Assembly (NCBI GenBank): GCA_964408825.1
Contig: CAYPAU010000001.1
Location: 76,789-140,788, forward strand
DNA length: 64,000 nucleotides
Source: an uncultured Gammaproteobacteria bacterium
GTDB taxonomy: Bacteria > Patescibacteriota > Microgenomatia > Levybacterales > UBA12049
Direction: 5' to 3'
This document shows, piece by piece, positions 1 to 8,831 of the stretch. The notes beneath the pieces were generated by a model. That model did not search any database. It was not told where the DNA came from and was given only the letters and a program-made list of their open reading frames with translations. Each line of letters begins with the position of its first letter. The stretch's first letter is position 1. The position numbers were made by a program, and so were the translations under genes.

Positions 1-61
1 AAAGGAGGTCTTTTTTTGTGACCCTTCTAGATATTCAGGGTCATATTGAAGAATTTGAAAT

Positions 62-796
62 ATGAAAGGTGTAATTTTAGCAGGCGGTCTTGCAACCAGA
101 CTTAGACCGCTCACTTCGATTACGAATAAGCATCTTCTTCCTGTTTATAACAAGCCAATGATTTTTTATCCTCTTGAGGCTATGGTAAAAGCCGGAATAA
201 AGGAAGTTTTGATAAATAGCTCTCCGGATCATGCTGGACATTTTGCGAATCTGCTTAAATCGGGGGATGACTTTGGGCTCAAGATTTATTATGGCGTTCA
301 GCAAAATGCAAAAGGAATTGCGGACGGCATTTCTTATGCAAGAGAATTTGCTAAAGATGAAAAAATTTTAGTAATTCTTGGAGACAACATTTTTAATACC
401 AACCTTAAACCAACTATAGAAAAATTTGAGAAGAGAGAAAAGGGAGCAGTTATTTATGGAGTAAAGATGTCAACCGGTTCTCAGCAATATGGAGTGATAG
501 AGATCGATGATGACGGAACTGTTTTATCTATTGAGGAAAAGCCACGGAGTCCTAAGTCTGACATAGTGCAAACCGGGATATATATGTATGATGATAGAGT
601 CTTTGATTTTATTGGAAGACTAAAGCCCTCCGCAAGAGATGAACTTGAGGTTACAGATCTCAACAATATTTATCTTGAGGAAGGAACTCTTCAATGTGAG
701 CTTTTGGATTGGTGGGTTGATGCAGGAACATCCTATGACGAACTTTTAAGAGCCAATAATCTAGTTGCCGAGAAAGTCAAAAATGGCGAGTTATAA
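62..796 (+). CDS. rmlA: Glucose-1-phosphate thymidylyltransferase-like sugar nucleotidyltransferase (short RmlA-type)
   Basis: N-terminal motif GGLATRLRPLT and the sugar-nucleotidyltransferase fold; sits next to rmlB. At 244 aa it is shorter than canonical RmlA. Confidence 0.65.
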   Translation: MKGVILAGGLATRLRPLTSITNKHLLPVYNKPMIFYPLEAMVKAGIKEVLINSSPDHAGHFANLLKSGDDFGLKIYYGVQQNAKGIADGISYAREFAKDEKILVILGDNIFNTNLKPTIEKFEKREKGAVIYGVKMSTGSQQYGVIEIDDDGTVLSIEEKPRSPKSDIVQTGIYMYDDRVFDFIGRLKPSARDELEVTDLNNIYLEEGTLQCELLDWWVDAGTSYDELLRANNLVAEKVKNGEL

Positions 797-801
797 ATTT
801 T

Positions 802-1272
802 ATGATTGTTTGTGAATTTGAAAACGGCGGAAAAGGAAATCTTCGACATGTCACAGTTGGCGCAATTGCAATTAATAATAAACAAGAGGTGCTTCTTATA
901 AAACGTGCCAGCTCCCACAGATTTGGAACATATACCATTCCGGGAGGATTCTTAGATCGAGATGAAAACACTGAGAAGGCAACCCTAAGGGAATTAAAAG
1001 AGGAGACAGGATATAACGGTGAAATTGTTAATCTGTTCCGTGTTAACGACAATCCCAAAAGACCCAAGGAAGATCGACAAAATGTTGATTTTTTATATAT
1101 CGTAAAAATAACAAGTGGTAAACCAATGCTAAATAAAGAAGTATCTGAGGTTGGTTGGTTTGACGAAACCAGTCTTCCATCTGAGGAAGAATTTGCATTT
1201 GATCATAGAGACTCGATTCTTAGGTATTTTGATCATCTAGAGCAACCAATCAGTCTTCCAATATTAGGATAA
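802..1272 (+). CDS. Nudix hydrolase, likely a sugar-nucleotide hydrolase (Gmm/NudD-like by context)
   Basis: Nudix box GGFLDRDENTEKATLRELKEETGY; located inside the sugar-nucleotide operon. Confidence 0.75.
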   Translation: MIVCEFENGGKGNLRHVTVGAIAINNKQEVLLIKRASSHRFGTYTIPGGFLDRDENTEKATLRELKEETGYNGEIVNLFRVNDNPKRPKEDRQNVDFLYIVKITSGKPMLNKEVSEVGWFDETSLPSEEEFAFDHRDSILRYFDHLEQPISLPILG

Positions 1273-1273
1273 T

Positions 1274-2284
1274 ATGAAAATTTTGGTGACCGGAGGAGCC
1301 GGTTTTATCGGTTCGAATTTTATAATTTACTGGATGAAGAATCATCCGGATGATTTTGTAGTTAATTTTGATGCCCTAACATATGCAGGAAATTTAGAAA
1401 ATTTAAAGGAAGTTCAAAATAATTCGAATTACTCGTTTGTAAAGGGAAATATAGTTCAATCAAATGAGGTTGCATCTGTGATTGAGGGGGTAGATATCGT
1501 TGTTCACTTTGCAGCAGAAAGCCATGTAGATCGATCTATCTTAGGTCCTCAGCCTTTTATATTAAGCAATGTAGTTGGAACTCAGGTGTTGCTGGATGTT
1601 GCCCGTCAGAACAATGTTAAGCGCTTTCATCATATATCCACAGATGAAGTATTTGGAAGCCTTAATCTTGGTGATTCGAAGAAATTTAATGAACGAACAA
1701 GATATGATCCCAGAAGTCCGTATTCTGCAAGTAAAGCCGGATCAGATCATATTGTGAGAGCATATTACCATACGTATAATTTTCCTATCACTATTACTAA
1801 TTGTTCTAATAACTTTGGGCCCTATCAGTTCCCGGAAAAATTAATCCCTCTTGCTATAACAAATTTACTCGAAAATAAAAAGGTTCCGATATACGGGGAC
1901 GGACTTTATGTAAGAGACTGGCTTTACGTTGAGGACCACTGTCGCGCAATTGAAGTTGTTTTACAAAAAGGAAAGATAGGAGAAACTTATTGCGTAGGTG
2001 GATTAACAGAGGATATTAATAATCTAGAGGTCGTGAAAAAAATAATAAAGATTTTGGGCAAGGATGAAAGCTATATAGAGTTCGTAAAGGATAGACAGGG
2101 GCACGACAGAAGGTATGCTGTTGACTGGTCGAAAATAAAAAATGAACTTGGCTGGTTTCCTCTTCATAGCTTTGACGAGTGGCTTGAGAAAACAATAGGA
2201 TGGTATAAAGAAAATAAAAAATGGTGGCAGGATGTAAAAAACGGAGAATACAAGAATTATTATAAAAAGCAATATGGATCATGA
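1274..2284 (+). CDS. rmlB: dTDP-glucose 4,6-dehydratase
   Basis: MKILVTGGAGFIGSNF Rossmann N-terminus, YSASKAGSDH catalytic motif, 336 aa. Confidence 0.85.
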   Translation: MKILVTGGAGFIGSNFIIYWMKNHPDDFVVNFDALTYAGNLENLKEVQNNSNYSFVKGNIVQSNEVASVIEGVDIVVHFAAESHVDRSILGPQPFILSNVVGTQVLLDVARQNNVKRFHHISTDEVFGSLNLGDSKKFNERTRYDPRSPYSASKAGSDHIVRAYYHTYNFPITITNCSNNFGPYQFPEKLIPLAITNLLENKKVPIYGDGLYVRDWLYVEDHCRAIEVVLQKGKIGETYCVGGLTEDINNLEVVKKIIKILGKDESYIEFVKDRQGHDRRYAVDWSKIKNELGWFPLHSFDEWLEKTIGWYKENKKWWQDVKNGEYKNYYKKQYGS

Positions 2285-2286
2285 CC

Positions 2287-2345
2287 ACCCCTCGTTAAAA
2301 CTCCGGATTGGTCATGCTCCGAAGCTTGCAGTTTAAGTTTTTACA
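2287..2345 (+). repeat. Conserved intergenic motif, copy 1 (rmlB-rmlD spacer)
   Basis: CCTCgTTAAAACTCCGGATTGGTCATGCTCCGAAGCTTgcAGTTTAAGTTTTTA, near-identical to copy 2. Confidence 0.6.
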
Positions 2346-2396
2346 GATTTAGAACAATCAAAAACGATTAATGGAATTAAGTAATAGCGTAGGAGC

Positions 2397-3215
2397 ATGA
2401 AGATAATAGGAACAGGACTTACGGGACTTGTGGGGTCCCGAGTTGCAGAGCTTTTAAAAGATAAATATGAATTTGTAAATTTTAGCAGAAGAAGTGGTAA
2501 TGACATAACTGACAAGAATGAAGTTTTTAATTTTCTAGGATCATCAGACGCGCCCCTCGTAATTCATCTTGCAGCAAAAACAGACGTAGATGATTGCGAA
2601 AAGGATAAAGAAGAAGATAGTAAAATATTGGGATATAAAGATATTAAGGAACAGGAAGAGGAATTTAAAATAAAGAAAACGGCTTGGGCAGTTAATGTTT
2701 TAGGAACAAAAAATATTGTTGACGCATGCAGAAAAACTAAGAAAAAATTAATATACATATCAACCGACTTTGTCTTCGACGGGACAAAAGATTTTTACAA
2801 AGAGGAAGATACCCCAAACCCGATTAATTGGTATGGAAAAACAAAATATGAAGGGGAGAAACTGGTTTCTTCTTCGGAAATTCCGAATGCGATAATAAGA
2901 ATTTCGTATCCCTATAGAGCAAAATTTCCCAAAAAAGATTTTATAAGAGTTTTAATTGATCTTTTGGCAAATGGTAAATCTTTAAGAATGGTAAGCGATC
3001 AGATTATTACACCGACATTTATAGACGATCTTGATTTTGTTTTCGACTATTTTCTTAAAAACCAAACGGAAGGTGTTTTTCACGCATGCGGAGGGGACTC
3101 TCTGACTCCTTTTGAAATAGTAAATAAAATTGCTGAAGTTTTTGGTTTTAATAAAAATTTAATATCAAAAACAATAAGGAAAGAATTTTTCAGAGGAAGA
3201 GCAGAACGCCCTTAA
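2397..3215 (+). CDS. rmlD: dTDP-4-dehydrorhamnose reductase-like protein (RmlD). The annotated ORF ends at an in-frame TAA; the same frame stays open to 3308 (see findings).
   Basis: RmlD-like N-terminus MKIIGTGLTGLVGSRV and an acidic low-complexity insertion. The in-frame continuation ends in an ATGA overlap with ugd. Confidence 0.6.
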   Translation: MKIIGTGLTGLVGSRVAELLKDKYEFVNFSRRSGNDITDKNEVFNFLGSSDAPLVIHLAAKTDVDDCEKDKEEDSKILGYKDIKEQEEEFKIKKTAWAVNVLGTKNIVDACRKTKKKLIYISTDFVFDGTKDFYKEEDTPNPINWYGKTKYEGEKLVSSSEIPNAIIRISYPYRAKFPKKDFIRVLIDLLANGKSLRMVSDQIITPTFIDDLDFVFDYFLKNQTEGVFHACGGDSLTPFEIVNKIAEVFGFNKNLISKTIRKEFFRGRAERP

Positions 3216-3304
3216 CATCTTCTTATGAAAAATGATAAAATTAACAAATTGGTAATAAAATTCAAAAGACTTGAAGAAGGCATTTTAGAAACGAGAAAAC
3301 AAAT

Positions 3305-4594
3305 ATGACAATAACTTTCATCGGCCACGGATATGTTGGACTTGTTACAGCATCCATCTTTGCAGATTTAGGCAATAAGGTTTGGGTGATTGGCAGGGAC
3401 CCTAAGAAAATAAAAGATCTTAAAAAAGGAAAATCTCCATTCTTTGAACCCGGACTTGAAGAACTTGTAAAACGAAATATTAGAGCAAAGAGGCTTTTTT
3501 TTACGCTTGATTATAAGCCTTCAGTTTCGGATTCAGACATAGTTTTCATAGCCGTTGGAACTCCACCGAATAAAACAGGCGATGCAGAACTTCTTGGAGT
3601 TTTCGCCGTTGCGGAAAATATTGGAAAAAATCTGAAAGGTTATACGGTTATTGCTACAAAAAGCACGGTTCCTCCCGGCACAAATAAAAGAATAAAACAA
3701 TTGATAGATGAAGTTAAGCCTCATGAAGCAACATTCGACATCGCATCGGTTCCTGAGTTTCTTCGTGAAGGAACAGCGATTCAAGACACCTTGGCGCCCG
3801 ACAGGATTGTTATAGGAACCGAAAATAAAAGAGCCCAGAATTTGCTTATTGAACTTCATAAGCCTATCGACAGACAGTTTGTTCTAACAAATCTTGAGAC
3901 AGCGGAGCTCATTAAATATGCATCAAATTCATTTTTGGCCACTAAAATTTCATTTGCAAATGCGATAGCAAAATTATCAGAACTAGTCGGAGCAGATGGT
4001 ATTGCCGTTATTGAAGGACTAGGTCTGGACAAAAGGATTGGCAATGAATTTCTTGCTCCAGGTCCTGGCTACGGCGGAAGCTGTTTCCCAAAAGACGTAA
4101 AAGCCCTAATTGCAATCGCCAAGAATTATGATTATAGCTTTGCTTTACTTGATGAGGTAGAAAAAATTAATGGACAGGCAAAGCGCGATATCGTTAGAAA
4201 AGCAAGAAAATTGCTGACAGATTTAAACAAAAAGACCATTGGAATATTGGGTCTTTCCTTCAAACCCAATACCGATGACATGCGGGATGCTCAGTCTGTC
4301 GATATTATAGAAATGTTAAAGCAAGAAAGAGCAAGTATTAAAGCTTTTGACCCTCAAGCTATGGCAAATGCAAAAAGAATCATAACTAACGTTGAATTTT
4401 GCGATAACGTTTACGATGTAGCCAAGGGATCAGATGCACTTATTATTATTACAGATTGGAACGAATTTAAAGAACTTGATTTTAAAAAAATAAAAAAACT
4501 CATGAAAAACCTTATTATTATCGATGGAAGGAATATTTATAATCCTGAAAAAATGAGGGAATTAGGTTTCACCTATGTTGGAATTGGAAGATGA
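3305..4594 (+). CDS. ugd: UDP-glucose 6-dehydrogenase
   Basis: ITFIGHGYVGLVTA NAD-binding N-terminus, GGSCFPKD catalytic Cys motif, 429 aa. Confidence 0.85.
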   Translation: MTITFIGHGYVGLVTASIFADLGNKVWVIGRDPKKIKDLKKGKSPFFEPGLEELVKRNIRAKRLFFTLDYKPSVSDSDIVFIAVGTPPNKTGDAELLGVFAVAENIGKNLKGYTVIATKSTVPPGTNKRIKQLIDEVKPHEATFDIASVPEFLREGTAIQDTLAPDRIVIGTENKRAQNLLIELHKPIDRQFVLTNLETAELIKYASNSFLATKISFANAIAKLSELVGADGIAVIEGLGLDKRIGNEFLAPGPGYGGSCFPKDVKALIAIAKNYDYSFALLDEVEKINGQAKRDIVRKARKLLTDLNKKTIGILGLSFKPNTDDMRDAQSVDIIEMLKQERASIKAFDPQAMANAKRIITNVEFCDNVYDVAKGSDALIIITDWNEFKELDFKKIKKLMKNLIIIDGRNIYNPEKMRELGFTYVGIGR

Positions 4595-4595
4595 G

Positions 4596-4651
4596 CCTCC
4601 TTTGTTAAAACTTCGGATGGATCATGTCCCCGAAGCTTTAGTAATTTTTAT
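4596..4651 (+). repeat. Conserved intergenic motif, copy 2 (ugd-rmd spacer)
   Basis: CCTCctTTGTTAAAACTTCGGATGGATCATGTCCCCGAAGCTTtAGTAATTTTTA, with a CTTCGG/CCGAAG stem. Confidence 0.6.
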
Positions 4652-4702
4652 GAGTAGAACATTTTGGAAAATAAAAAAAAATACGAGAGAGCGCGAAGGG
4701 GC

Positions 4703-5662
4703 ATGAAGAAAGTTTTGATAACGGGAGTCTCTGGTTTTGCAGGCAGTTTCTTAGCAGAAAGGCTTGTTTCAGAAAATAATGTAGATGTATATGGCGTATA
4801 TTTAAATGAAAAAACTCTTTCTAACTTAAGTTCAATAAGAGATAGAGTAAAACTTCTAAGGCTTGATCTGTCCGATGGAAAAGGAGTTTTAAAGCTCATT
4901 GGGGAGGAAAAACCAGATTATATATATCATTTGGCAGCCTTACCTTCTTCCGGGGAAAGCTTTGAGATGCCCTACCACACTTTTCAAAGTAATGTACAGC
5001 CTGAAATAAATATTCTTGAAGCTTTGCGTAAATTAGATTTAAATTCTACTAGAGTGATGATTGTCTCATCCGCTGAAATCTATGGGTTGGTGGCCAAAAA
5101 AGATTTGCCAATTGATGAAAATACCCCCTTTAATCCGACTAACCCTTATGCAGTATCAAAACTTGCTCAGGATTTTTTAGGTCTTCAATATTTTTTGTCA
5201 CATAAACTTCAGATTATCAGAGTTCGTCCCTTCAATCATATTGGTCCAAGACAATCTTCTGATTTTGTTGTTTCAGCTTTTGCAAAAAAAATTGCAGAAA
5301 TAGAAAAAGGAAAAAGAGAGCCAATTTTACCGGTGGGTAATTTAGAAAGTTCAAGAGATTTTACAGACGTTAGGGATATGGTAAGAGCCTACCATCTTGC
5401 TATAGAAAAAGGGGAAGTTGGAGATGTATACAATATCGGATCAGGAAAATCTTACAAGATTTCTGAAATTCTTAGGAGATTATTATTGCTTTCAAGAGTA
5501 AATATCAAAATTGAAACTGATAAAATTCTCCTAAGGCCTTCAGATAATCCCATTCTTCTATGCGATAAAACGAAGTTCTCAAATCTTACAGGTTGGGAGT
5601 TAAGGATTCCAATAGAAAAGACACTGAAAGATACGCTTGAGTATTGGAGAAATATAATTTAA
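4703..5662 (+). CDS. NAD-dependent epimerase/dehydratase, GDP-4-dehydro-6-deoxy-D-mannose reductase (Rmd)-like. The ORF-track start is 4664; MKKVLITG at 4703 is the likelier start.
   Basis: GVSGFAGSFLAERL Rossmann motif, YAVSKLAQD, FNHIGPRQS; adjacent to gmd. Confidence 0.55.
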   Translation: MKKVLITGVSGFAGSFLAERLVSENNVDVYGVYLNEKTLSNLSSIRDRVKLLRLDLSDGKGVLKLIGEEKPDYIYHLAALPSSGESFEMPYHTFQSNVQPEINILEALRKLDLNSTRVMIVSSAEIYGLVAKKDLPIDENTPFNPTNPYAVSKLAQDFLGLQYFLSHKLQIIRVRPFNHIGPRQSSDFVVSAFAKKIAEIEKGKREPILPVGNLESSRDFTDVRDMVRAYHLAIEKGEVGDVYNIGSGKSYKISEILRRLLLLSRVNIKIETDKILLRPSDNPILLCDKTKFSNLTGWELRIPIEKTLKDTLEYWRNII

Positions 5663-5674
5663 AATCTATAAAAC

Positions 5675-6649
5675 ATGGCAAAAAAAGCTTTGATTACCGG
5701 AATTACTGGGCAAGATGGTTCATATCTTGCATAACTATTATTGTCCAAGGGCTATAGGGTTTTTGGGCTAACGAGACGGACAAGCACGATAAATTTTGAG
5801 CGAATTAAAAATATCGAAGATAAGATAACTTTAATTCAAGGAGATCTTCTCGATCAAAGCTCATTGTCGTCTGCTATTTTGGAATCAGAACCAGATGAAG
5901 TTTACAATCTCGCTGCTCAATCATTTGTTAAAACCTCCTGGAATCAGCCTGTTTTAACCGGTGAATTTACAGCATTGGGAGTAACAAGGCTTCTTGAAGC
6001 AATTCGTGCAGTTAATCCTAAGATTAAATTTTATCAGGCTTCTTCTTCTGAAATGTTTGGTAAGGTTACCGAAACTCCCCAGAAAGAAACTACAAGATTT
6101 CATCCAAGAAGTCCATACGGAGTTGCAAAGGTTTATGGACATTATATTACATTAAACTATAGAGAAAGTTATGAAATGTTTGCATGTTCTGGGATTTTCT
6201 TTAATCACGAGTCTCCAAGACGAGGACTCGAGTTTGTAACAAGAAAAATAAGTCATGCAGTTGCCCGAATCAGTCTTGGAAAACAAAAGATACTTGAGCT
6301 TGGCTCTCTTGAGCCAAAAAGAGATTGGGGATATGCAGGAGATTATGTTGAAGCAATGTGGCTTATGCTGCAGCAAGAAAAGGCGGATGATTTCGTAATA
6401 GCAACCGGAGAAAACCACAGCGTCAAAGAATTTGTTGAGCTTGCTTTTGCCTTCGTTAAGATAAAAGATTGGCAAAAGCATGTTAAGTCAGATGTAAATG
6501 AACATTTAAGACCGGCAGAAGTGGATTATCTTATAGGCGATGCAAGTAAGGCAAGAAAAGTTCTGGGATGGAAACCTGAGACAGGCTTTAAAGAATTAGT
6601 TGAGCTTATGGTAGAAGCTGATATTGAAAGGGAAAAGGGCACTAAGTGA
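5675..6649 (+). pseudogene. gmd: GDP-mannose 4,6-dehydratase interrupted by an in-frame TAA at 5732-5734 (codon 20). The ORF track only sees the TTG-initiated remnant 5741..6649.
   Basis: The frame from ATG 5675 reads [31 protein letters not shown]. Canonical GMD reads ...GSYLAEFLLEKGY..., so a conserved GAA (Glu) is TAA here. Downstream GMD motifs are present. Confidence 0.7.
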
Positions 6650-7617
6650 TAATGAAGACAGCTCTTGTGGCCGGAGGAGCAGGTTTTATGGGCTCTCATC
6701 TTTGCAAAAAACTCCTCGATAAAAATTTCAGGGTAATATGCTTAGATAATTTAGTAACCGGAAATGATGGTGTCATTAAAAAATTTCTTTCCGCAAAAAA
6801 TTTTAAATTTTTAAAAGCAAATGTTAGTGATAGCAAAGATCTAAAAAACTTAAATGATGTAAGTTTTATATTTCATTTGGCCTCTCCCGCATCTCCGAGT
6901 CAAAAAAGTCCGAGAAGTTATCTTGCCTTCCCCATAGAGACTCTTCTAGCAAACTCATTGGGCACTTATAACTTACTCAATATTGCAAAAAATTCAAATG
7001 CAAAATTTCTTTATGCGTCTTCGTCTGAAGTTTATGGAGATCCAAAGGTTTCTCCTCAGGGAGAAGATTATTTTGGAAATGTAAATCCAGTTGGAATTCG
7101 TTCGGTCTACGATGAAGGAAAAAGATTTGGTGAGGCAATCACTATGGCATATGTTAGAAAATTCAACACAGACGCAAGAATAATAAGAATATTTAATACT
7201 TTTGGTCCAAACATGAGGAATGATGATGGACGGGTCATCTCAAACTTTATAAATCAGGCGATTAGAAACGAACCTCTTACAGTTTATGGGGACGGAAAAC
7301 AAACCAGAAGTGTATGCTATATAGATGATCTTATTGAGGGGTTACTGCTTTCAATGTTTTCCGATAAAACAAAGGGAGAAGTTATTAATCTTGGAAATTC
7401 TGAAGAAAAAACAATTATTGAGCTCGCAAACCTAATAAAAAAATTGACCAATTCTAATTCCGAGATTATTTTTGAGCCACTTCCCGATGATGATCCTAAG
7501 CAAAGAAAGCCTAACATAGAGAAAGCAAAAAGACTTCTTTCTTGGAAACCAAAAGTGGATATTGACCAAGGACTTTTAGAAACAATAGAATATTTTGAGA
7601 AGATAAAAAATAGCTGA
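6646..7617 (+). CDS. UDP-glucuronate decarboxylase (UDP-xylose synthase, UXS/ArnA-C-like)
   Basis: [14 protein letters not shown], the [15 protein letters not shown] motif, and a short-chain dehydrogenase fold; follows ugd. The GTG/ATG start overlaps the gmd stop. Confidence 0.75.
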   Translation: MIMKTALVAGGAGFMGSHLCKKLLDKNFRVICLDNLVTGNDGVIKKFLSAKNFKFLKANVSDSKDLKNLNDVSFIFHLASPASPSQKSPRSYLAFPIETLLANSLGTYNLLNIAKNSNAKFLYASSSEVYGDPKVSPQGEDYFGNVNPVGIRSVYDEGKRFGEAITMAYVRKFNTDARIIRIFNTFGPNMRNDDGRVISNFINQAIRNEPLTVYGDGKQTRSVCYIDDLIEGLLLSMFSDKTKGEVINLGNSEEKTIIELANLIKKLTNSNSEIIFEPLPDDDPKQRKPNIEKAKRLLSWKPKVDIDQGLLETIEYFEKIKNS

Positions 7618-7697
7618 ATGGCTAAATAGCTAGACGGTTAAGATTTGTACACTTTGAAAACTATTTGACCGTTCAGCCATTTTAGCTATTCTGTTTT
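7617..7697. promoter_or_regulatory. Long imperfect inverted repeat in the UXS-GT2 spacer (possible terminator or attenuator)
   Basis: GAATGGCTAAATAGCTAGACGGTTAAG ... TTGACCGTTCAGCCATTTTAGCTATTC. Confidence 0.3.
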
Positions 7698-8831
7698 ATG
7701 AAGGTAGCTATTATAAACCCCACTTATAACGAAAAAGGTAATATTGACCGCCTTATCCCAACTCTTGAGAACGAAATTTTTCCAAAAATAAAAAATCACG
7801 ATATGCACATTTTAGTTGCAGATGACAATTCTCCAGATGGAACAGAAAAAGAAGTAAGAGAACTTATGGGGAAATGGAAAAACATAGATATCTCCTCGGG
7901 CGAGAAGCTTGGCTTGGGTGCGGCATATATAAGAGGAATGACCTACGCAATTGAGAAGATGGGGGCAGATGTTGTTTTTGAAATGGATGCTGATCTTCAG
8001 CATGATCCCGAAAAAATACCCGAATTTCTCAAAAAGATTGACGATGGATACGACATGGTTATCGGCAATAGATACAGTGATGGAGGATCGATTCCCAAAA
8101 ATTGGCCAATTTTGAGAAAAATATTTTCAGTTGTAGCAAATCTCTTTGTAAGAACCATATTTATGAAATTTTCAATCCATGATTGGACAGGAGGATACAG
8201 GGCTCTTAAAAAAGAAGTATTTCTAAGAGAAAAAGAAGAATTAACAAATTATAAAGGTTACATTTTTCAGATATCTTTTCTTCACAAAGCCGTAAGAGAC
8301 GGATTTAAAATAGGTGAGGTTCCTTTCCACTTTTCAGATAGAAATCTTGGTAAATCAAAAATTGCTCCCTTAGGATACATTATTGAGGTATTCAAATTTG
8401 TAATTTCAACCAGAATGAAAGAAATACTCCTTGGAAAATTTGGTAAATTTCTGGTAGTTGGGGGTACGGGTTTTATAATTAATGCAGTAGTATTAAGAGT
8501 TCTGGTTGAGATTTTCGGATGGGATGCTTCACTAGCTAATTTAGTTGGTGCGGCTTTGGCAATATTTTCTAATTATAATTTTAATAATCTCTGGACATTT
8601 GGGGAGAATAAGGCATCTACTATTTCAAGTTACTTTATCAAGATGGCACAATTTTATCTAACTTCCTCGTTTGGCGTTATCTTTATCCAAACAGGAACAA
8701 TATTCCTGGGACAGCGCCTAATCGGAGAAAATTATTACTTTATATATTTTTTAATAGGCACCTTCTTCCTTCTTATTTGGAACTTTACGGTATATAATAA
8801 AATCATCTGGCGCAAGAAGGCTCCTAAATGA
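7698..8831 (+). CDS. GT2 polyprenyl-phosphate glycosyltransferase (DPM1/ArnC-like) fused to a C-terminal GtrA-like membrane domain
   Basis: ADDNSPDGTE and EMDADLQHDP motifs; the C-terminal GtrA-type transmembrane region reads FLVVGGTGFIINAVVLRVL...SNYNFNNLWTF. Confidence 0.8.
   Translation: MKVAIINPTYNEKGNIDRLIPTLENEIFPKIKNHDMHILVADDNSPDGTEKEVRELMGKWKNIDISSGEKLGLGAAYIRGMTYAIEKMGADVVFEMDADLQHDPEKIPEFLKKIDDGYDMVIGNRYSDGGSIPKNWPILRKIFSVVANLFVRTIFMKFSIHDWTGGYRALKKEVFLREKEELTNYKGYIFQISFLHKAVRDGFKIGEVPFHFSDRNLGKSKIAPLGYIIEVFKFVISTRMKEILLGKFGKFLVVGGTGFIINAVVLRVLVEIFGWDASLANLVGAALAIFSNYNFNNLWTFGENKASTISSYFIKMAQFYLTSSFGVIFIQTGTIFLGQRLIGENYYFIYFLIGTFFLLIWNFTVYNKIIWRKKAPK

Noticed and set aside
1-45. 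Hairpin TGACCCT-11-AGGGTCA preceded by a T7 run at the window start, considered as a terminator
   Set aside because: The T-run precedes rather than follows the stem on the plus strand, and the window edge hides any upstream context. It may be an operator in the rmlA promoter region, but that cannot be supported.
77-304. Numerous short antisense or overlapping ORFs in the six-frame track (for example 77..304-, 481..666-, 3533..3859-, 16548..16790+, 25548..25850-, 25748..26002-)
   Set aside because: They lie entirely inside, and antisense to, well-supported conserved genes or span a GC-rich leader. They have no RBS and low-complexity composition typical of chance ORFs.
5732-5734. Possibility that TAA is a reassigned sense codon (explaining in-frame TAAs in gmd and rmlD)
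   Set aside because: Many genes in the window (rmlA-like, Nudix, ugd, secD and others) terminate at TAA at positions consistent with homologue lengths and with a following RBS and start. TAA is therefore a genuine stop here; the two internal TAAs are better explained as nonsense mutations or errors.
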